A stretch of DNA of 64,000 nt. It comes from an uncultured Alphaproteobacteria bacterium (GTDB taxonomy: Bacteria; Pseudomonadota; Alphaproteobacteria; Acetobacterales; Acetobacteraceae). The translations under genes and the position numbers were made by a program. The stretch spans positions 6,297-70,296 of the forward strand of contig CAVUED010000026.1 of assembly GCA_963740445.1 (NCBI GenBank). The letters run 5' to 3'. Each line of letters opens with the position of its first letter. Position 1 is the first letter of the stretch. Below the pieces are notes generated by a model. The model was not told the origin of the DNA, did no database searches, and saw only the letters and a list, made by a program, of their open reading frames with translations. Positions 42,777 to 53,432 of this stretch are shown in pieces.

Positions 42777-43610
42777 CTATACCTCGATAGGCGTATCTTG
42801 CCGCGAACCCCATTCGGCCCATGAACCATCATAAAGCGCTGGTTCCGGCAAGCCCGCCAGTACGGCCCCGAGTGTCAGCACCGCGGCCGTTACGCCCGAA
42901 CCGCAACTTGTCACGAATTTTTGCCCAGTACCCACACCGGCGGCGGCGAATCTTTCCCGTAACGTCTGCGCCGGCAGCATCTGCCCATTTTCCAGCAGTG
43001 CGGTGAAGGGGAGCGATCTGGCACCCGGAATATGCCCGCTGCGCATCCCCGCCCTGGGTTCGGGCACGCTGCCGTCAAATCGCCCGGCGGCGCGCGCATC
43101 CAGCACCATTTCGGCGCCGGTCGACAGATTGCGTTGCATGTCATCGAGGCTGCGCACCATCGCCGGCCGGAAGCCGGCGGAAAAATCCCCAGCGATCACC
43201 GGCCCCGGTTCACCCGCCTCAACCGCGCCGCCAGCTTCAATCCAGGCAGGCAGCCCGCCATCCAGCACCGACACGTTCTCATGGCCGAATACGCGGAACA
43301 TCCACCACAGCCGGGCCGAGGAGAATATCCCGCGCTGGTCATACGCCACCACATGGCTGGACGAATTCACCCCCAATGCCACCACGGCGGCACGAAAATC
43401 CTCCGGGGCAGGGAGCATATGCGGCAGGGAGGTCGAATGGTCCGAGACCGCATCGATGTCGAAAAAACGCGCGCCGGGGATATGCCCGGCCAAAAACAGC
43501 GCGCGCGAATCCTTGCCTTCATTCGGCAGGTAATACGTTGCATCGAGCACGACGACCTCGCCTGATGCCGGGGAGTTCTTCAGCCAGGCGGCAGAAACAA
43601 GCGGTTGCAT
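42777..43610 (-). CDS. sseA: 3-mercaptopyruvate sulfurtransferase (rhodanese)
   Basis: GHIPGA twice, active loop [16 protein letters not shown]. Confidence 0.92.
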   Translation of the reverse strand: MQPLVSAAWLKNSPASGEVVVLDATYYLPNEGKDSRALFLAGHIPGARFFDIDAVSDHSTSLPHMLPAPEDFRAAVVALGVNSSSHVVAYDQRGIFSSARLWWMFRVFGHENVSVLDGGLPAWIEAGGAVEAGEPGPVIAGDFSAGFRPAMVRSLDDMQRNLSTGAEMVLDARAAGRFDGSVPEPRAGMRSGHIPGARSLPFTALLENGQMLPAQTLRERFAAAGVGTGQKFVTSCGSGVTAAVLTLGAVLAGLPEPALYDGSWAEWGSRQDTPIEV

Positions 43611-44488
43611 CAACCGCGCGCGGCCGCCGTCAATTCCCGCACCCGTTTCGCGGCAGCGGCGCCTTTTATAGCTTCGCGCCAGGCGATCTCGGAGACGCGC
43701 TGATGCGCCGCCACGGCATCCTCCGCCCCCGTGATCATTGCGATACCCGACTGCGTGGCGGGTGTGGCATCCATCGGGAAGGGATTGATCGCCAGTGTCG
43801 CCCGTTCGCGTGAGCGCAGCAACGTGAACGGGCCATTCGGCTCGCCAGTCGCCATTATGCCAAGTTGCAGACCAATTGGCTCGCTCTCCATCAAATTCGC
43901 GACCAATTCCATCTCACGGATCGCGACCTCGCGGGCCGCGTTGCGCAGCCGCTCGCTCACCACGGCACCCGGTCCCACACCTTCGGCCATAAATTTCTGG
44001 ATGGAGCTTAGCGTGAGAATGCCAATAATCGAAGGTTTACGCACGGCATACATGCGTTTGCGTGAAATCATGACGCTCATCAGTTGTTCACCCGCGGCGC
44101 GCGCGAGGTTGTGGTCTGCACCCATCGCCGCGGCATCTTCCTCGAACAACTGCGCCAGAATTAAATCATACTGGTCGGAGGAGGTCAGGTAACAGATAGG
44201 CCCGAAAACCTGGAGAATCTGATCGGAGGTTTCCTCGATCTGGCGGATGCGCTCCATATAGCCGATCGGCTTGGCGTAATATTCCACGCCAATACCCAGC
44301 AATGTCAGCGGCGAAATTTTCAACAGCTCGGCCAGCCGGTTCACCGTATCGAGCTTGATGACCTCGCCCTTTTCATAGCGGTACAAGGCGGCGCGTGAGA
44401 CCCCTAGCCGTGCCGAGATTTCCTCGGCTTTCAGACCCAATTCCATTCGATAGGCCCGCAATTGCTGTCCAATCTCATTAAATCGCAT
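43610..44488 (-). CDS. XRE-family HTH regulator with a long C-terminal domain
   Basis: [17 protein letters not shown]; its stop overlaps the sseA start. Confidence 0.85.
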   Translation of the reverse strand: MRFNEIGQQLRAYRMELGLKAEEISARLGVSRAALYRYEKGEVIKLDTVNRLAELLKISPLTLLGIGVEYYAKPIGYMERIRQIEETSDQILQVFGPICYLTSSDQYDLILAQLFEEDAAAMGADHNLARAAGEQLMSVMISRKRMYAVRKPSIIGILTLSSIQKFMAEGVGPGAVVSERLRNAAREVAIREMELVANLMESEPIGLQLGIMATGEPNGPFTLLRSRERATLAINPFPMDATPATQSGIAMITGAEDAVAAHQRVSEIAWREAIKGAAAAKRVRELTAAARG

Positions 44489-44701
44489 ATATTAACATCC
44501 CTTTATCCGATTGGTTTTATTCCATTGCAGGATTAAGCCCATATGGTGAAACGCATTCTCAGAAAGCAAAGCGAAACCATGTTGGAAGCTTTATATACAT
44601 AAAACGTCGAAAAATACAAAAAATAGTTGATCATAATGAGATTTGCCGGGCCATTCTGGCGGCCCTTGCCGATAGGGCCGCTCATCGTGCATCAATCATC
44701 T

Positions 44702-45748
44702 ATGAAATCTGAACGGATTCTGTTGCTGGCGTTAGCGGCCGCCTTGGGGCTGGGGTGCTTTTTAATTCTTGTGCCATTTTTGCCCGCAATGCTTTGGGCG
44801 GCGATCCTGGTCTATTGTCTTTGGCCACTCTATGTCAAATTCATTCGCCACGTCCGCCCAACTGTAGCGGCTTTCGTGATAACGCTGCTGGTTGCCGGCA
44901 TCGTTCTGGTGCCCCTGGTCCATCTTGCACTCGTGGCCGCCAAGGAGGCGCGGGTCAGCCGTATTTGGGTCCAGGATGTGATGCAGAACGGCCTGCCGCC
45001 GGCCCCCGCCTTCCTGCTGAAAATCCCCCTGATGGGCAGCCTTTTAAGCGATTTCTGGAATAATTCAGCCGATGATCTCGGCGGTGTGGCCAGTTCCCTC
45101 CAGCCCATCCTTGGCACGGTGGCCCATTCGGGCATCATCATGGTCTTTAAAGTGGCGCACGGGCTGATCGGCACCGTGGTGGCGCTGTTTATCGCCTATT
45201 TCTTCTTCCTGGCCGGTGAGCAGATCGTTGCGCGGATACGCCTCCTGCTGGTGCGCATCATGAACGAGCACAGGGTCGAGGACCTGCTTACCCTGGTCGC
45301 GACCACGGTGCGCGGCGTGGTATTCGGCATTCTCGGCACGGCCGCATTGCAGGGCATTCTCTATGCCATCGGATTTGAGGTCGCGCGCGCGCCGCAGGCT
45401 TTGCTGCTGGCAAGTTTTGCTGGAGTCGTTTCCATCGTGCCGGCCGGCGCTGTCATCGTCTACGTGCCGCTTTGTCTGTATCTGCTGGCCCAAGGCCATC
45501 CCCTCGTCGCGATTCTGCTGGCAATTTATTGTTTCGTCGTTGTCGGCGGGGCAGACTCGATTGTCCGTCCCTTGCTGATCGCCCGTGGCGCCTCGCTCCC
45601 CTACGCGCTGATACTCCTGGGCGTTCTCGGCGGGGCGATCGCTTTCGGCGCGCTGGGCATTTTTGTCGGGCCGGTTCTGTTGGCTTTGGGGCTGGCCGTG
45701 GCGGAGGAATTCGCCGGTCAGCCGCGTGGCGCTTGGCGTCAGCCATGA
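44702..45748 (+). CDS. AI-2E family transporter
   Basis: Hydrophobic profile, DSIVRPLL, GVLGGAIAFGALGIFVGP. Confidence 0.88.
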   Translation: MKSERILLLALAAALGLGCFLILVPFLPAMLWAAILVYCLWPLYVKFIRHVRPTVAAFVITLLVAGIVLVPLVHLALVAAKEARVSRIWVQDVMQNGLPPAPAFLLKIPLMGSLLSDFWNNSADDLGGVASSLQPILGTVAHSGIIMVFKVAHGLIGTVVALFIAYFFFLAGEQIVARIRLLLVRIMNEHRVEDLLTLVATTVRGVVFGILGTAALQGILYAIGFEVARAPQALLLASFAGVVSIVPAGAVIVYVPLCLYLLAQGHPLVAILLAIYCFVVVGGADSIVRPLLIARGASLPYALILLGVLGGAIAFGALGIFVGPVLLALGLAVAEEFAGQPRGAWRQP

Positions 45749-45799
45749 AACGACACTCGTAAACGATATATTAACCTTTTAACCCTTAAAGAACCTCCT

Positions 45800-46178
45800 A
45801 TGCATCTCCGCGTCCCATCCACCACGAAGCGCCGCGCCGCCGAGACACTTGGACGAAGTGCCGAGGATGATGTCGCGCTTTCATGGCAGGCCAAGGGCTA
45901 TAGCGTCCTGGCGCAGCGGCTGCGTACAGGGGCGGGGGAACTCGACCTCGTTTTGGCTGATCGTGACACTTTAGTCTTTGTTGAAGTCAAAGGCCCGCAA
46001 AACCTTGGCGGAGGCGGCTTATGCGGTGTCGCCTCGGCAACAGGCGAGGCTGCTGGAAGCCGCCAGCCTGGCGCTCGCCACGCATGAGGACTGGCATCGC
46101 CCTGCCATCCGTTTTGACGTGGCGCTGGTGTGCCATGGCGCCATCGAACATATCGAGGACGCCATCCGGTATAATTAG
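45800..46178 (+). CDS. YraN-family protein (frameshift near 45990)
   Basis: GRSAED, GELDLV, LVFVEVK, IRFDV, HIEDA. Confidence 0.85.
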
Positions 46179-47587
46179 AGTGCGATCGTTTTAGAGCCGG
46201 CAAAGGCTGAAAGCAGCCTCGCATGGGCGCGGGTGCCCCGATGAAAACATGCGACTTCGAATTTCTCGTTTGGAGAGTGGATACGGTCATCATCCAACCC
46301 AAAGCCGGCCAGCAACGTATCCAGTCCCAGATGGGTTTTAAACGCCTCGACCACCGGGATTGAAGCGCCGCAACCGATCAGCGCCGCTGGTTTGCCGAAT
46401 TCCGCGGCCAGGGCGTCCTGTGCCGCGCGCATGAATGGCGCATCCAGGCTCACGGCAAAGCCGGGCGAGGCCCCAAAATGCGCAAATTCAGCCTTGGCAT
46501 CCGGCGCCAGGCGCTCGGTAACGAAACGCTCGAAGTTCTGTACGATTTTCTGCGGGTCCTGGCCGGGCACGAGGCGGAAGGTGAGTTTGGCGGTGGCTTT
46601 GGACGGAATAACGGTTTTCGTGCCGTCACCCTGATAACCGCCGTAAATGCCGTTAATATCGGCCGTCGGCCGCGCCCAGAGCTGCGCCAAGGCCGACTGC
46701 TCGTGTTCGCCGGCCGGGTGTTTCAGGCCGACTTCGCCCAGAAATTCTTCCGGATCGAAACCAAGCTGACCCCATGATTTGAGCAACGCCTCCGGCACTG
46801 GTGCGACACCGTCGTAAAATCCGGGGATCTGGATATGCCCCTGATCGTCTCGCAAGGCGCCCAGAATACGCGTCAGCTCGTTGATCGGGTTCAGGGCAAT
46901 GCCGCCGAACAAGCCCGAATGCAGATCCCGCGACGCCGCTTTGATCGTGACCTCCACCGCCGCCAGGCCGCGTAGCGACGTCGTGATGGCGGGAGTCTGG
47001 AAATTCCACATATTGGTGTCGGCCACCATCACGAAATCCGCCGCCAGTGTCTCTCGCTCCTTGGTCAGCAACTCGGCCAGCGATGGGCTGCCGCATTCCT
47101 CCTCGCCTTCCAGCAGAATGGTCAGGCGCACGGGGAGTTTGCCGTTGACCGCCAGATGCGCCCGGCAGGCTTCAAAAAAACTCACGACCTGGCCCTTATC
47201 GTCCACAGCCCCCCGGGCCACGATGCGCTTGCCGCGCGGGCCGTCCACCAGTTGCGGGTCGAACGGATCGGAATGCCACAACTCCAGCGGGTCGGCCGGC
47301 TGGACGTCGTAATGACCGTAAAACAGCACATGCGGCGCGTCAGGACCTGCTCCATAATGCGTGGCGATGACACCCGGCAAGCCGGCGGTCTCGGATAATC
47401 TGGCGAAAAAACCCATCTCCGTCAGCGTGTCGCGCGCCCATGCGGCGGCTAGCCTGCAATCGGCTTTATGCGCCGGCTGCGCGCTGATGCTGGGGATGCG
47501 CAGCAGCGAAAACAGCCGATGCAGGGAGGTTTCGAGCTGGTCGTCGATGTGCTGAAGAATTTGTTCCATGCCGTTATCTGGGTGCAA
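46175..47587 (-). CDS. M20-family dipeptidase
   Basis: YGHYDVQP, RGAVDDKG, EGEEE, DLHSG, HSPNEKF. Confidence 0.92.
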   Translation of the reverse strand: MHPDNGMEQILQHIDDQLETSLHRLFSLLRIPSISAQPAHKADCRLAAAWARDTLTEMGFFARLSETAGLPGVIATHYGAGPDAPHVLFYGHYDVQPADPLELWHSDPFDPQLVDGPRGKRIVARGAVDDKGQVVSFFEACRAHLAVNGKLPVRLTILLEGEEECGSPSLAELLTKERETLAADFVMVADTNMWNFQTPAITTSLRGLAAVEVTIKAASRDLHSGLFGGIALNPINELTRILGALRDDQGHIQIPGFYDGVAPVPEALLKSWGQLGFDPEEFLGEVGLKHPAGEHEQSALAQLWARPTADINGIYGGYQGDGTKTVIPSKATAKLTFRLVPGQDPQKIVQNFERFVTERLAPDAKAEFAHFGASPGFAVSLDAPFMRAAQDALAAEFGKPAALIGCGASIPVVEAFKTHLGLDTLLAGFGLDDDRIHSPNEKFEVACFHRGTRAHARLLSAFAGSKTIAL

Positions 47588-47644
47588 GCAAGGCTAAAAA
47601 TCAATGCGGCTTGATCTGGGGCAAAAACTCGATCAATTGCCTGC

Positions 47645-49003
47645 ATGATGGAACTGACCCTGTACAACACCCGCACCCGGACCAAGGAAATTTTCAGGCC
47701 GATCGACCCGGAGAATGTACGGGTCTATCTCTGCGGCCCGACCGTGTATGACAGGGCGCATATCGGCAATGCCCGCAATGTCGTGGTTTTTGACATTCTG
47801 GTGCGGCTGCTGCGGCGCCTGTACCCGAAGGTGACCTATGTGCGGAACATCACCGACATCGACGATAAGATCAACGCGCGGGCAAAGGAGCGCGGCGAGA
47901 GCATCGACGTTGTAACGCAGGGGCCTATCCGGGCCTACCATGAGGATATGGGGGCGTTGTTCGCACTCCCCCCTGATATCGAGCCGCGCGCGACGGACCA
48001 TCTGCCGGAGATTATCGAGATTATCGAGCGGTTGATCGCGGGCGGGCACGCCTATGAGGCGGAAGGCCATGTGCTGTTCTCGGTGGAATCAGACAAGGAT
48101 TACGGCAAATTTTCCGGCAGGTCGCCGGAGGATCTGATCGCCGGGGCGCGGGTGGATGTCGCACCCTATAAGCGCGATCCGGGGGATTTCGTGCTGTGGA
48201 AACCATCCACGGACGATCTTCCGGGCTGGGACTCGCCTTGGGGCCGCGGCCGGCCGGGCTGGCATATCGAATGCTCGGCGATGTCGCATAAGCATCTTGG
48301 GGAGAATTTCGACATTCATGGCGGTGGGGATGATCTGATTTTCCCGCATCATGAGAACGAAATCGCGCAGTCCTGCTGTGCCTTTCCGGGGTCCACTTTC
48401 GCCAATGTCTGGGTGCATAACCGGATGCTGCTGGTGAATGGCGAGAAGATGAGCAAGTCGCTCGGCAATTTTCGCGTGCTGCATGATGTTCTGGCGGTGG
48501 CGCCCGGTGAGGCGGTGCGGTTTTTGCTGATGCGCTCGCATTACCGCTCCACGCTGGATTTTTCCGATGCCGGGTTGGTGGAGGCCAAGAAAGGAGCTGG
48601 ATCGGTTTTATCGGGCACTGGAAAAGCATCCTCGCTGTGGCGGCGGCAAACGTGGTGCCGGACTGCGTGATGGAGCCGTTGCTGGATGATTTGAATACGC
48701 CGGGCGCAATTGCCGGGCTGCATAGTTTGGCGGACGCGGCACTGGCAGGTGATGACGAGCGGCAGGGTGACTTGCTCGCGGCGGGCAAGGTGCTGGGGTT
48801 GTTTAATGTCACACCCGATGAATGGTTTCGAGGCGGTATCGATACCACGATGAACTGCAAAATTTGATTATTATGAACGACGACAGCTAGCAAGGCAGGC
48901 AAAGATTTCGCTCGAGCCGATCGAATTCGCAAAGTTGTTGAAGCATACGGCGTATCGTGGAGGATGGCCCAACGGCAGCTGTCTCTGGTACGGAAAAGCA
49001 TGA
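47645..49003 (+). CDS. cysS: Cysteinyl-tRNA synthetase (apparent frameshifts in the 3' part)
   Basis: [27 protein letters not shown]; C-terminal DDLNTP and ADRIR in other frames. Confidence 0.93.
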
Positions 49004-49775
49004 CCGGCCGGGATGGCGGCGCGGAATCTGGAGCCGATTGAGCCGTCGCCGGTCGTGATTCTGGTCCGGCCGCAACTGGCGGAGAATGTGGGTTCCGTGG
49101 CGCGGGCCATGGGCAATGGCGGGTTGTTTCACCTCCGGCTCGTTGCCCCGCGTGATGGCTGGCCGCAGCGAGCGCGCGTGGCGAACGGGTTCTGGCGCGC
49201 ATAAAATTCTGGACGCGGCGGTGGTGTTCGAGACGGTGGCCGATGCGGTGGCGGACCTGCACCGCGTGTTCGCGACCTGCCCGCGGCCGCGGCACATCAT
49301 CAAGCCCGTTCTCACGGCGCGGGGAGGTGCTGCGGAGGTGCAGGCCATTGGCGCGCGGGGATTGCGGTGCGGCGTGTTGTTCGGGCCGGAGCGCGCGGGG
49401 CTGGATAATGACGATATTGCCTGCGCGGATAGTCTGATCCGCTACGATCTGAACCCCGGTTTTATGTCGCTCAATCTGGCGCAGGCGGTAATGGTGTTTG
49501 GTTATGAGTGGTGGCTGGCGCGGCAAGGGGAGTTACCCGTGCGCGCCTTGCAGACCAATGAGACCTCGCCTGCGAACAAGGGCGAGTTGGATAATTTCAT
49601 GGACCATTTGATCCGGGAATGCGATGCCGCTGGGTTTTTGAAGAATCCACAAAAACGGCCCGGAATGGTGCGTAATTTGCGGCATTTTTTTCAACGCGGC
49701 GAGGTGACGCGGCAGGAACTGAATACGCTGCACGGCGTGGTGAGTGAACTGGTGCGGGGGCGCAAGGGGCGATAA
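49000..49775 (+). CDS. trmJ: TrmJ/LasT-family SPOUT RNA methyltransferase (apparent frameshifts)
   Basis: ILVRPQLAENVGSVARAM, FGPERAGL, SLNLAQAV. Confidence 0.85.
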
Positions 49776-49835
49776 AGAGGCGGCGTGTCTGGTTAACGCA
49801 ATTAGGCAGTAGGATAAAAATATATAGTTGCGGAT

Positions 49836-49867
49836 TAACATATATTTCCTATAGGAAATATATGTTA
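49836..49867. promoter_or_regulatory. Perfect 32-bp palindrome upstream of the Rrf2 gene
   Basis: TAACATATATTTCCTA|TAGGAAATATATGTTA. Confidence 0.7.
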
Positions 49868-49909
49868 TGGAAGCAGTATTCTTTGTTGGCGTGATTGAGG
49901 AGCAAAATC

Positions 49910-50347
49910 GTGCTGTCGCAAAAATGTAAATATGCTTTGCAGGCTTTGCTGGTGCTGGCGCGCGAGAACAGTAATGACCTGCTGCTGGTGAGCGATATCG
50001 CTGAGCGCGAAAATCTGCCGAAAAAATTCCTGGAAGCGATTCTGTTGGAATTGAACCGTAACGGCCTGGTGCGTAGCCGGCGTGGCCGGGGCGGCGGTTA
50101 TGCGCTGGCTAAACCCGCTGACCTTATCACCTTTGGCCAGGTGGTGCGGATTATGGATGGGCCGCTGGCGCCGCTCTCCTGCGTGAGCGTGAATTATTAC
50201 CGCCGCTGCGACGACTGTAAGGACGAACAGACCTGCGCGATAAGACGTGTGATGCGCCGGGTCCGGGATGCCATCGCCGCCGAACTGGATGGAACTTCGC
50301 TGGCGCAGGCTGTCACGGAGACCAAAGTACGGGCTATGCTGGTCTAA
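49910..50347 (+). CDS. Rrf2-family regulator with a Cys-rich C-terminal motif
   Basis: KYALQAL, PKKFLEAIL, SRRGRGGGYAL, C-x8-C-x2-C-x5-C. Confidence 0.92.
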   Translation: MLSQKCKYALQALLVLARENSNDLLLVSDIAERENLPKKFLEAILLELNRNGLVRSRRGRGGGYALAKPADLITFGQVVRIMDGPLAPLSCVSVNYYRRCDDCKDEQTCAIRRVMRRVRDAIAAELDGTSLAQAVTETKVRAMLV

Positions 50348-50380
50348 TACCAAGGACCACTAAGAATGGGTCCTTGGTAT
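50347..50380. terminator. Hairpin between convergent genes
   Basis: ATACCAAGGACC/GGTCCTTGGTAT. Confidence 0.65.
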
Positions 50381-50425
50381 CGGCTGTAACTTGGCTAGAA
50401 TTTTCTTCGCGGGATTCGCGTTTGA

Positions 50426-51091
50426 TCAATCAGCCGCGAGCGCCATTTGTTTGCGGGCCAGAGACTGGCTCACATAGCCTTCCACCGCCTCGGTAACCTT
50501 GTCGGCATGGTTGGCAAACACATGGTCGGCGCCTTCGAACACGCGGTAGTCGATGGCGACACCTTTTTGCAGGTTGAGCTTGTCGACCAGTTTGCGGACC
50601 GAATTTTCCGGCACCATCTCATCGGCGTCACCGTGGATCATCAGCCCGCCGCAGGGGCAGGGGGCGAGGAAGCCAAAGTCGTAATGCGCGGCGGGCGGGG
50701 CTACGGAGACCCAGCCGGACACTTCCGGACGGCGCATGAGCAGTTGCATCCCGACAAAGGCGCCAAAGGAATAGCCGGAGATCCACAGACCGCCATGGCC
50801 GGGATTGAGCGCCTGCATCCAGTCGAGCGCCGCGGCGGCGTCGTTAATCTCTCCCATGCCGCCGTCGAACTTGCTCTGGCTGCGGCCGACGCCGCGGAAA
50901 TTAAAGCGCATGACGGAGAAGCCCAGGCGCTGGAACACCTGATACATCGAATAGGTGATACGGTTATTCATGGTACCGCCATGCAGCGGGTGCGGATGCA
51001 GAACCAGAGCCAGCGGAGCGCCGCGCTCCTTGGCATGGTGGTAACGTCCTTCAAGGCGGCCTTCCGGCCCGGCAAACATCACTTCAGGCAT
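50426..51091 (-). CDS. Alpha/beta hydrolase divergent from cysE-iscS
   Basis: MPEV.F.GPEGRLEGRY, HPHP..GGTMNN, GYSFG. Confidence 0.9.
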   Translation of the reverse strand: MPEVMFAGPEGRLEGRYHHAKERGAPLALVLHPHPLHGGTMNNRITYSMYQVFQRLGFSVMRFNFRGVGRSQSKFDGGMGEINDAAAALDWMQALNPGHGGLWISGYSFGAFVGMQLLMRRPEVSGWVSVAPPAAHYDFGFLAPCPCGGLMIHGDADEMVPENSVRKLVDKLNLQKGVAIDYRVFEGADHVFANHADKVTEAVEGYVSQSLARKQMALAAD

Positions 51092-51182
51092 TCTGTAACT
51101 CGTCTTTCATAATTACCGTGGTAGTCTAAAGTCTTCGCCAGCAGGTTTTTTGCGTGGCTATTGGTTATCCTTTATCCATCCG

Positions 51183-51207
51183 AATGTTGACCAAAGAGGT
51201 CCGGATA
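51183..51207 (+). promoter_or_regulatory. Possible IscR/Rrf2-type operator upstream of cysE
   Basis: AATGTTGACCAAAGAGGTCCGGATA resembles the IscR type-1 site pattern. Confidence 0.4.
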
Positions 51208-51320
51208 CCTAAGTGCTCCTCACGGCTTTGGGTGAGATTGCGAATGGATTACAATTTGGGTTTCCCCTTCGTTTAGTTAATATAGACTGCTTCTGGTCTG
51301 ATTATCCATGGAAATGTCGC

Positions 51321-51980
51321 ATGGCCCTTATGTTTTTAACTGAGACGATACAGGCCTACAGGGAACGTGACCCCGCCGCACGGTCGAATTTTGAGGTTTT
51401 GCTGTGCTATCCAGGGCTGCACGCTGTGGGTTTCCATGCTGTTTCCAGTTTTTTCTGGCGGCATCAGATGTATACAACAGGACGATTCGTCTCACATTTG
51501 GGCCGGTTCTTCACGGGAGTTGAGATTCATCCCGGCGCGAAACTGGGGCGGCGGCTGGTTATCGACCACGGCATGGGCGTGGTGATCGGAGAGACCGCGA
51601 TCATTGGCGATGACGTGTATATCTATCACCAGGTGACCCTGGGGGGGACCAGTTCCAAGCATGAGAAGCGCCACCCAACGGTGGGCAATAACGTGATCAT
51701 CGGCGCCGGCGCGAAAGTGCTCGGGGCGATTGAGATCGGCGACGGCGCCAGGATTGGCGCCAATGCCGTGGTGATCGCCGCAGTGCCGGCGGGCACGACC
51801 GTGGTGGGAATTCCAGCGCGGCCGGTGGACCGGGTTGGGGCAAAGCCTCGCTTCGATGCCTATGGCACGCCCAGCGACCCTTGCCTGGACCCGCTGCTGC
51901 ATGAGGTTGACCTGCTGCGCCGGGAACTGACAGAGCTGGAAAACCGCATCGCCGAGCTGGCGCGCGACCGTACCCACTGA
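51321..51980 (+). CDS. cysE: Serine O-acetyltransferase
   Basis: RDPAARS, EIHPGA, IDHGMGVVIGETA, KRHPT. Confidence 0.93.
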   Translation: MALMFLTETIQAYRERDPAARSNFEVLLCYPGLHAVGFHAVSSFFWRHQMYTTGRFVSHLGRFFTGVEIHPGAKLGRRLVIDHGMGVVIGETAIIGDDVYIYHQVTLGGTSSKHEKRHPTVGNNVIIGAGAKVLGAIEIGDGARIGANAVVIAAVPAGTTVVGIPARPVDRVGAKPRFDAYGTPSDPCLDPLLHEVDLLRRELTELENRIAELARDRTH

Positions 51981-51984
51981 ATCT

Positions 51985-53073
51985 ATGATTTATCTGGACG
52001 CCAACGCGACGGAGCCTTTGCGGCCCGAGGCGCGGCAGGCAGTTGCCGCGGCGCTGGGGCTGGCCAATCCCTCCTCGATTCATCAGGCGGGTCGCGCGGC
52101 GCGGCGCGTGCTGGAGGAGTCTCGCGAGGCGGTGGCAGGGTTTTTCGGCGCGCGCCGGGAGGATGTGATTTTTTGCTCCGGCGCCACGGAGGCCAATGCA
52201 CTCGCGGTCCACGCGCTAGGGGCGGGCAGGCCGGTATTGTTTGGGGCGACGGAGCATGACGCGGTTCGTGCGGCGGCGCCACATGGCAAGGCCGTGCCGG
52301 TGCTAACTGACGGAACAGCGGATCTGAAGGCTATGGAGGCATTACTGGCGCAGGCCCCAGGCGCGTTGGTTTGCCTGATGGCGGCGAATAATGAGACTGG
52401 CGTGCTGCATGATATCGCCGCGGCTGCGGAAATTTGCGCGCGGCATGGCGCGCTGCTGCATGTCGATGCGGTGCAGGCTGTGGGGCGCTGTAACCTGCCC
52501 TGGCTGGAATTGGGTGCTGCGAGTGTCGCGATCTCAGGCCATAAATTCGGTGGGCCGATGGGCGCTGGGGCGCTGGTGGTCAGCCATGGCCGCGAGATCA
52601 GCCCGGACCTGCGCGGCGGCGGGCAGGAATTGGGAAGGCGGGGCGGCACGCCGGCACTGCCGGCGATCGCGGGGCTGGCGGCGGCCTTGGGCGGGGCTTA
52701 CGATACGTTAAGAATTGCTTCTTATCGCGATGAAATTGAAGCATTTTGTGTCGGGCTTGGCGCGGTGGCGATCGGCGCATCGGCGCCGCGTTTGCCCAAT
52801 ACGGCTTGCCTGGCTTTGGCGGGGGTAAGGGCCGATACGCAGTTGATCGCGCTGGACATGGCCGGGTTTGCCGTATCCGCCGGGGCGGCGTGTTCGTCCG
52901 GCAAGCTGGCGGCGAGCCATGTGCTGGAGGCGATGGGTTTTTCCTTCCTTGCGAATCAGGCGATAAGAATGTCTCTGCCCTGGAACGCGACAGCGGATGT
53001 GGTTCCGGCCTTCTGCCGCGCATATGAGGTGATGGCTGCGCGTGCCTTGCACGGGCAGGCGCATTGCGCTTGA
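51985..53073 (+). CDS. iscS: Cysteine desulfurase (IscS/NifS-like)
   Basis: IYLDANAT, ANPSSIH, ANNETG, SGHKFGGP, SAGAACSSG. Confidence 0.88.
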   Translation: MIYLDANATEPLRPEARQAVAAALGLANPSSIHQAGRAARRVLEESREAVAGFFGARREDVIFCSGATEANALAVHALGAGRPVLFGATEHDAVRAAAPHGKAVPVLTDGTADLKAMEALLAQAPGALVCLMAANNETGVLHDIAAAAEICARHGALLHVDAVQAVGRCNLPWLELGAASVAISGHKFGGPMGAGALVVSHGREISPDLRGGGQELGRRGGTPALPAIAGLAAALGGAYDTLRIASYRDEIEAFCVGLGAVAIGASAPRLPNTACLALAGVRADTQLIALDMAGFAVSAGAACSSGKLAASHVLEAMGFSFLANQAIRMSLPWNATADVVPAFCRAYEVMAARALHGQAHCA

Positions 53074-53102
53074 AGGGCGGCTGATTAGCCAAGGGTTTTG
53101 CG

Positions 53103-53432
53103 ATGCCGAAAATGACTTTCATTGAGCGTAACGGTCAGCCGCGCGAGGTTGATGCGCCCGTGGGCCTCTCCGTGCTGGAAGTGGCGCACAAGCATGGCGT
53201 GGATATAGAGGGCGCGTGCGAGGGCTCGCTCGCCTGCTCGACCTGTCATGTCATTGTCGACCCGGCATGGGCCGGCAAGCTGGCGAAAGCCTCCGAGGAT
53301 GAGGAGGATATGCTGGACCTCGCCTTCGGACTGGAGAAGACGTCGCGGCTGGGTTGCCAGATCGTGATCTCCGAAGCCCTCGACGGGCTGGTCGTACGGC
53401 TGCCGAGCGCGACACGGAACGCGGCGGGATAA
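53103..53432 (+). CDS. fdx: 2Fe-2S ferredoxin, adrenodoxin type
   Basis: [19 protein letters not shown]. Confidence 0.93.
   Translation: MPKMTFIERNGQPREVDAPVGLSVLEVAHKHGVDIEGACEGSLACSTCHVIVDPAWAGKLAKASEDEEDMLDLAFGLEKTSRLGCQIVISEALDGLVVRLPSATRNAAG

Noticed and set aside
47611-47624. FNR-like TTGAT-N4-GGCAA before cysS
   Set aside because: Two mismatches in one arm and no clear biological rationale
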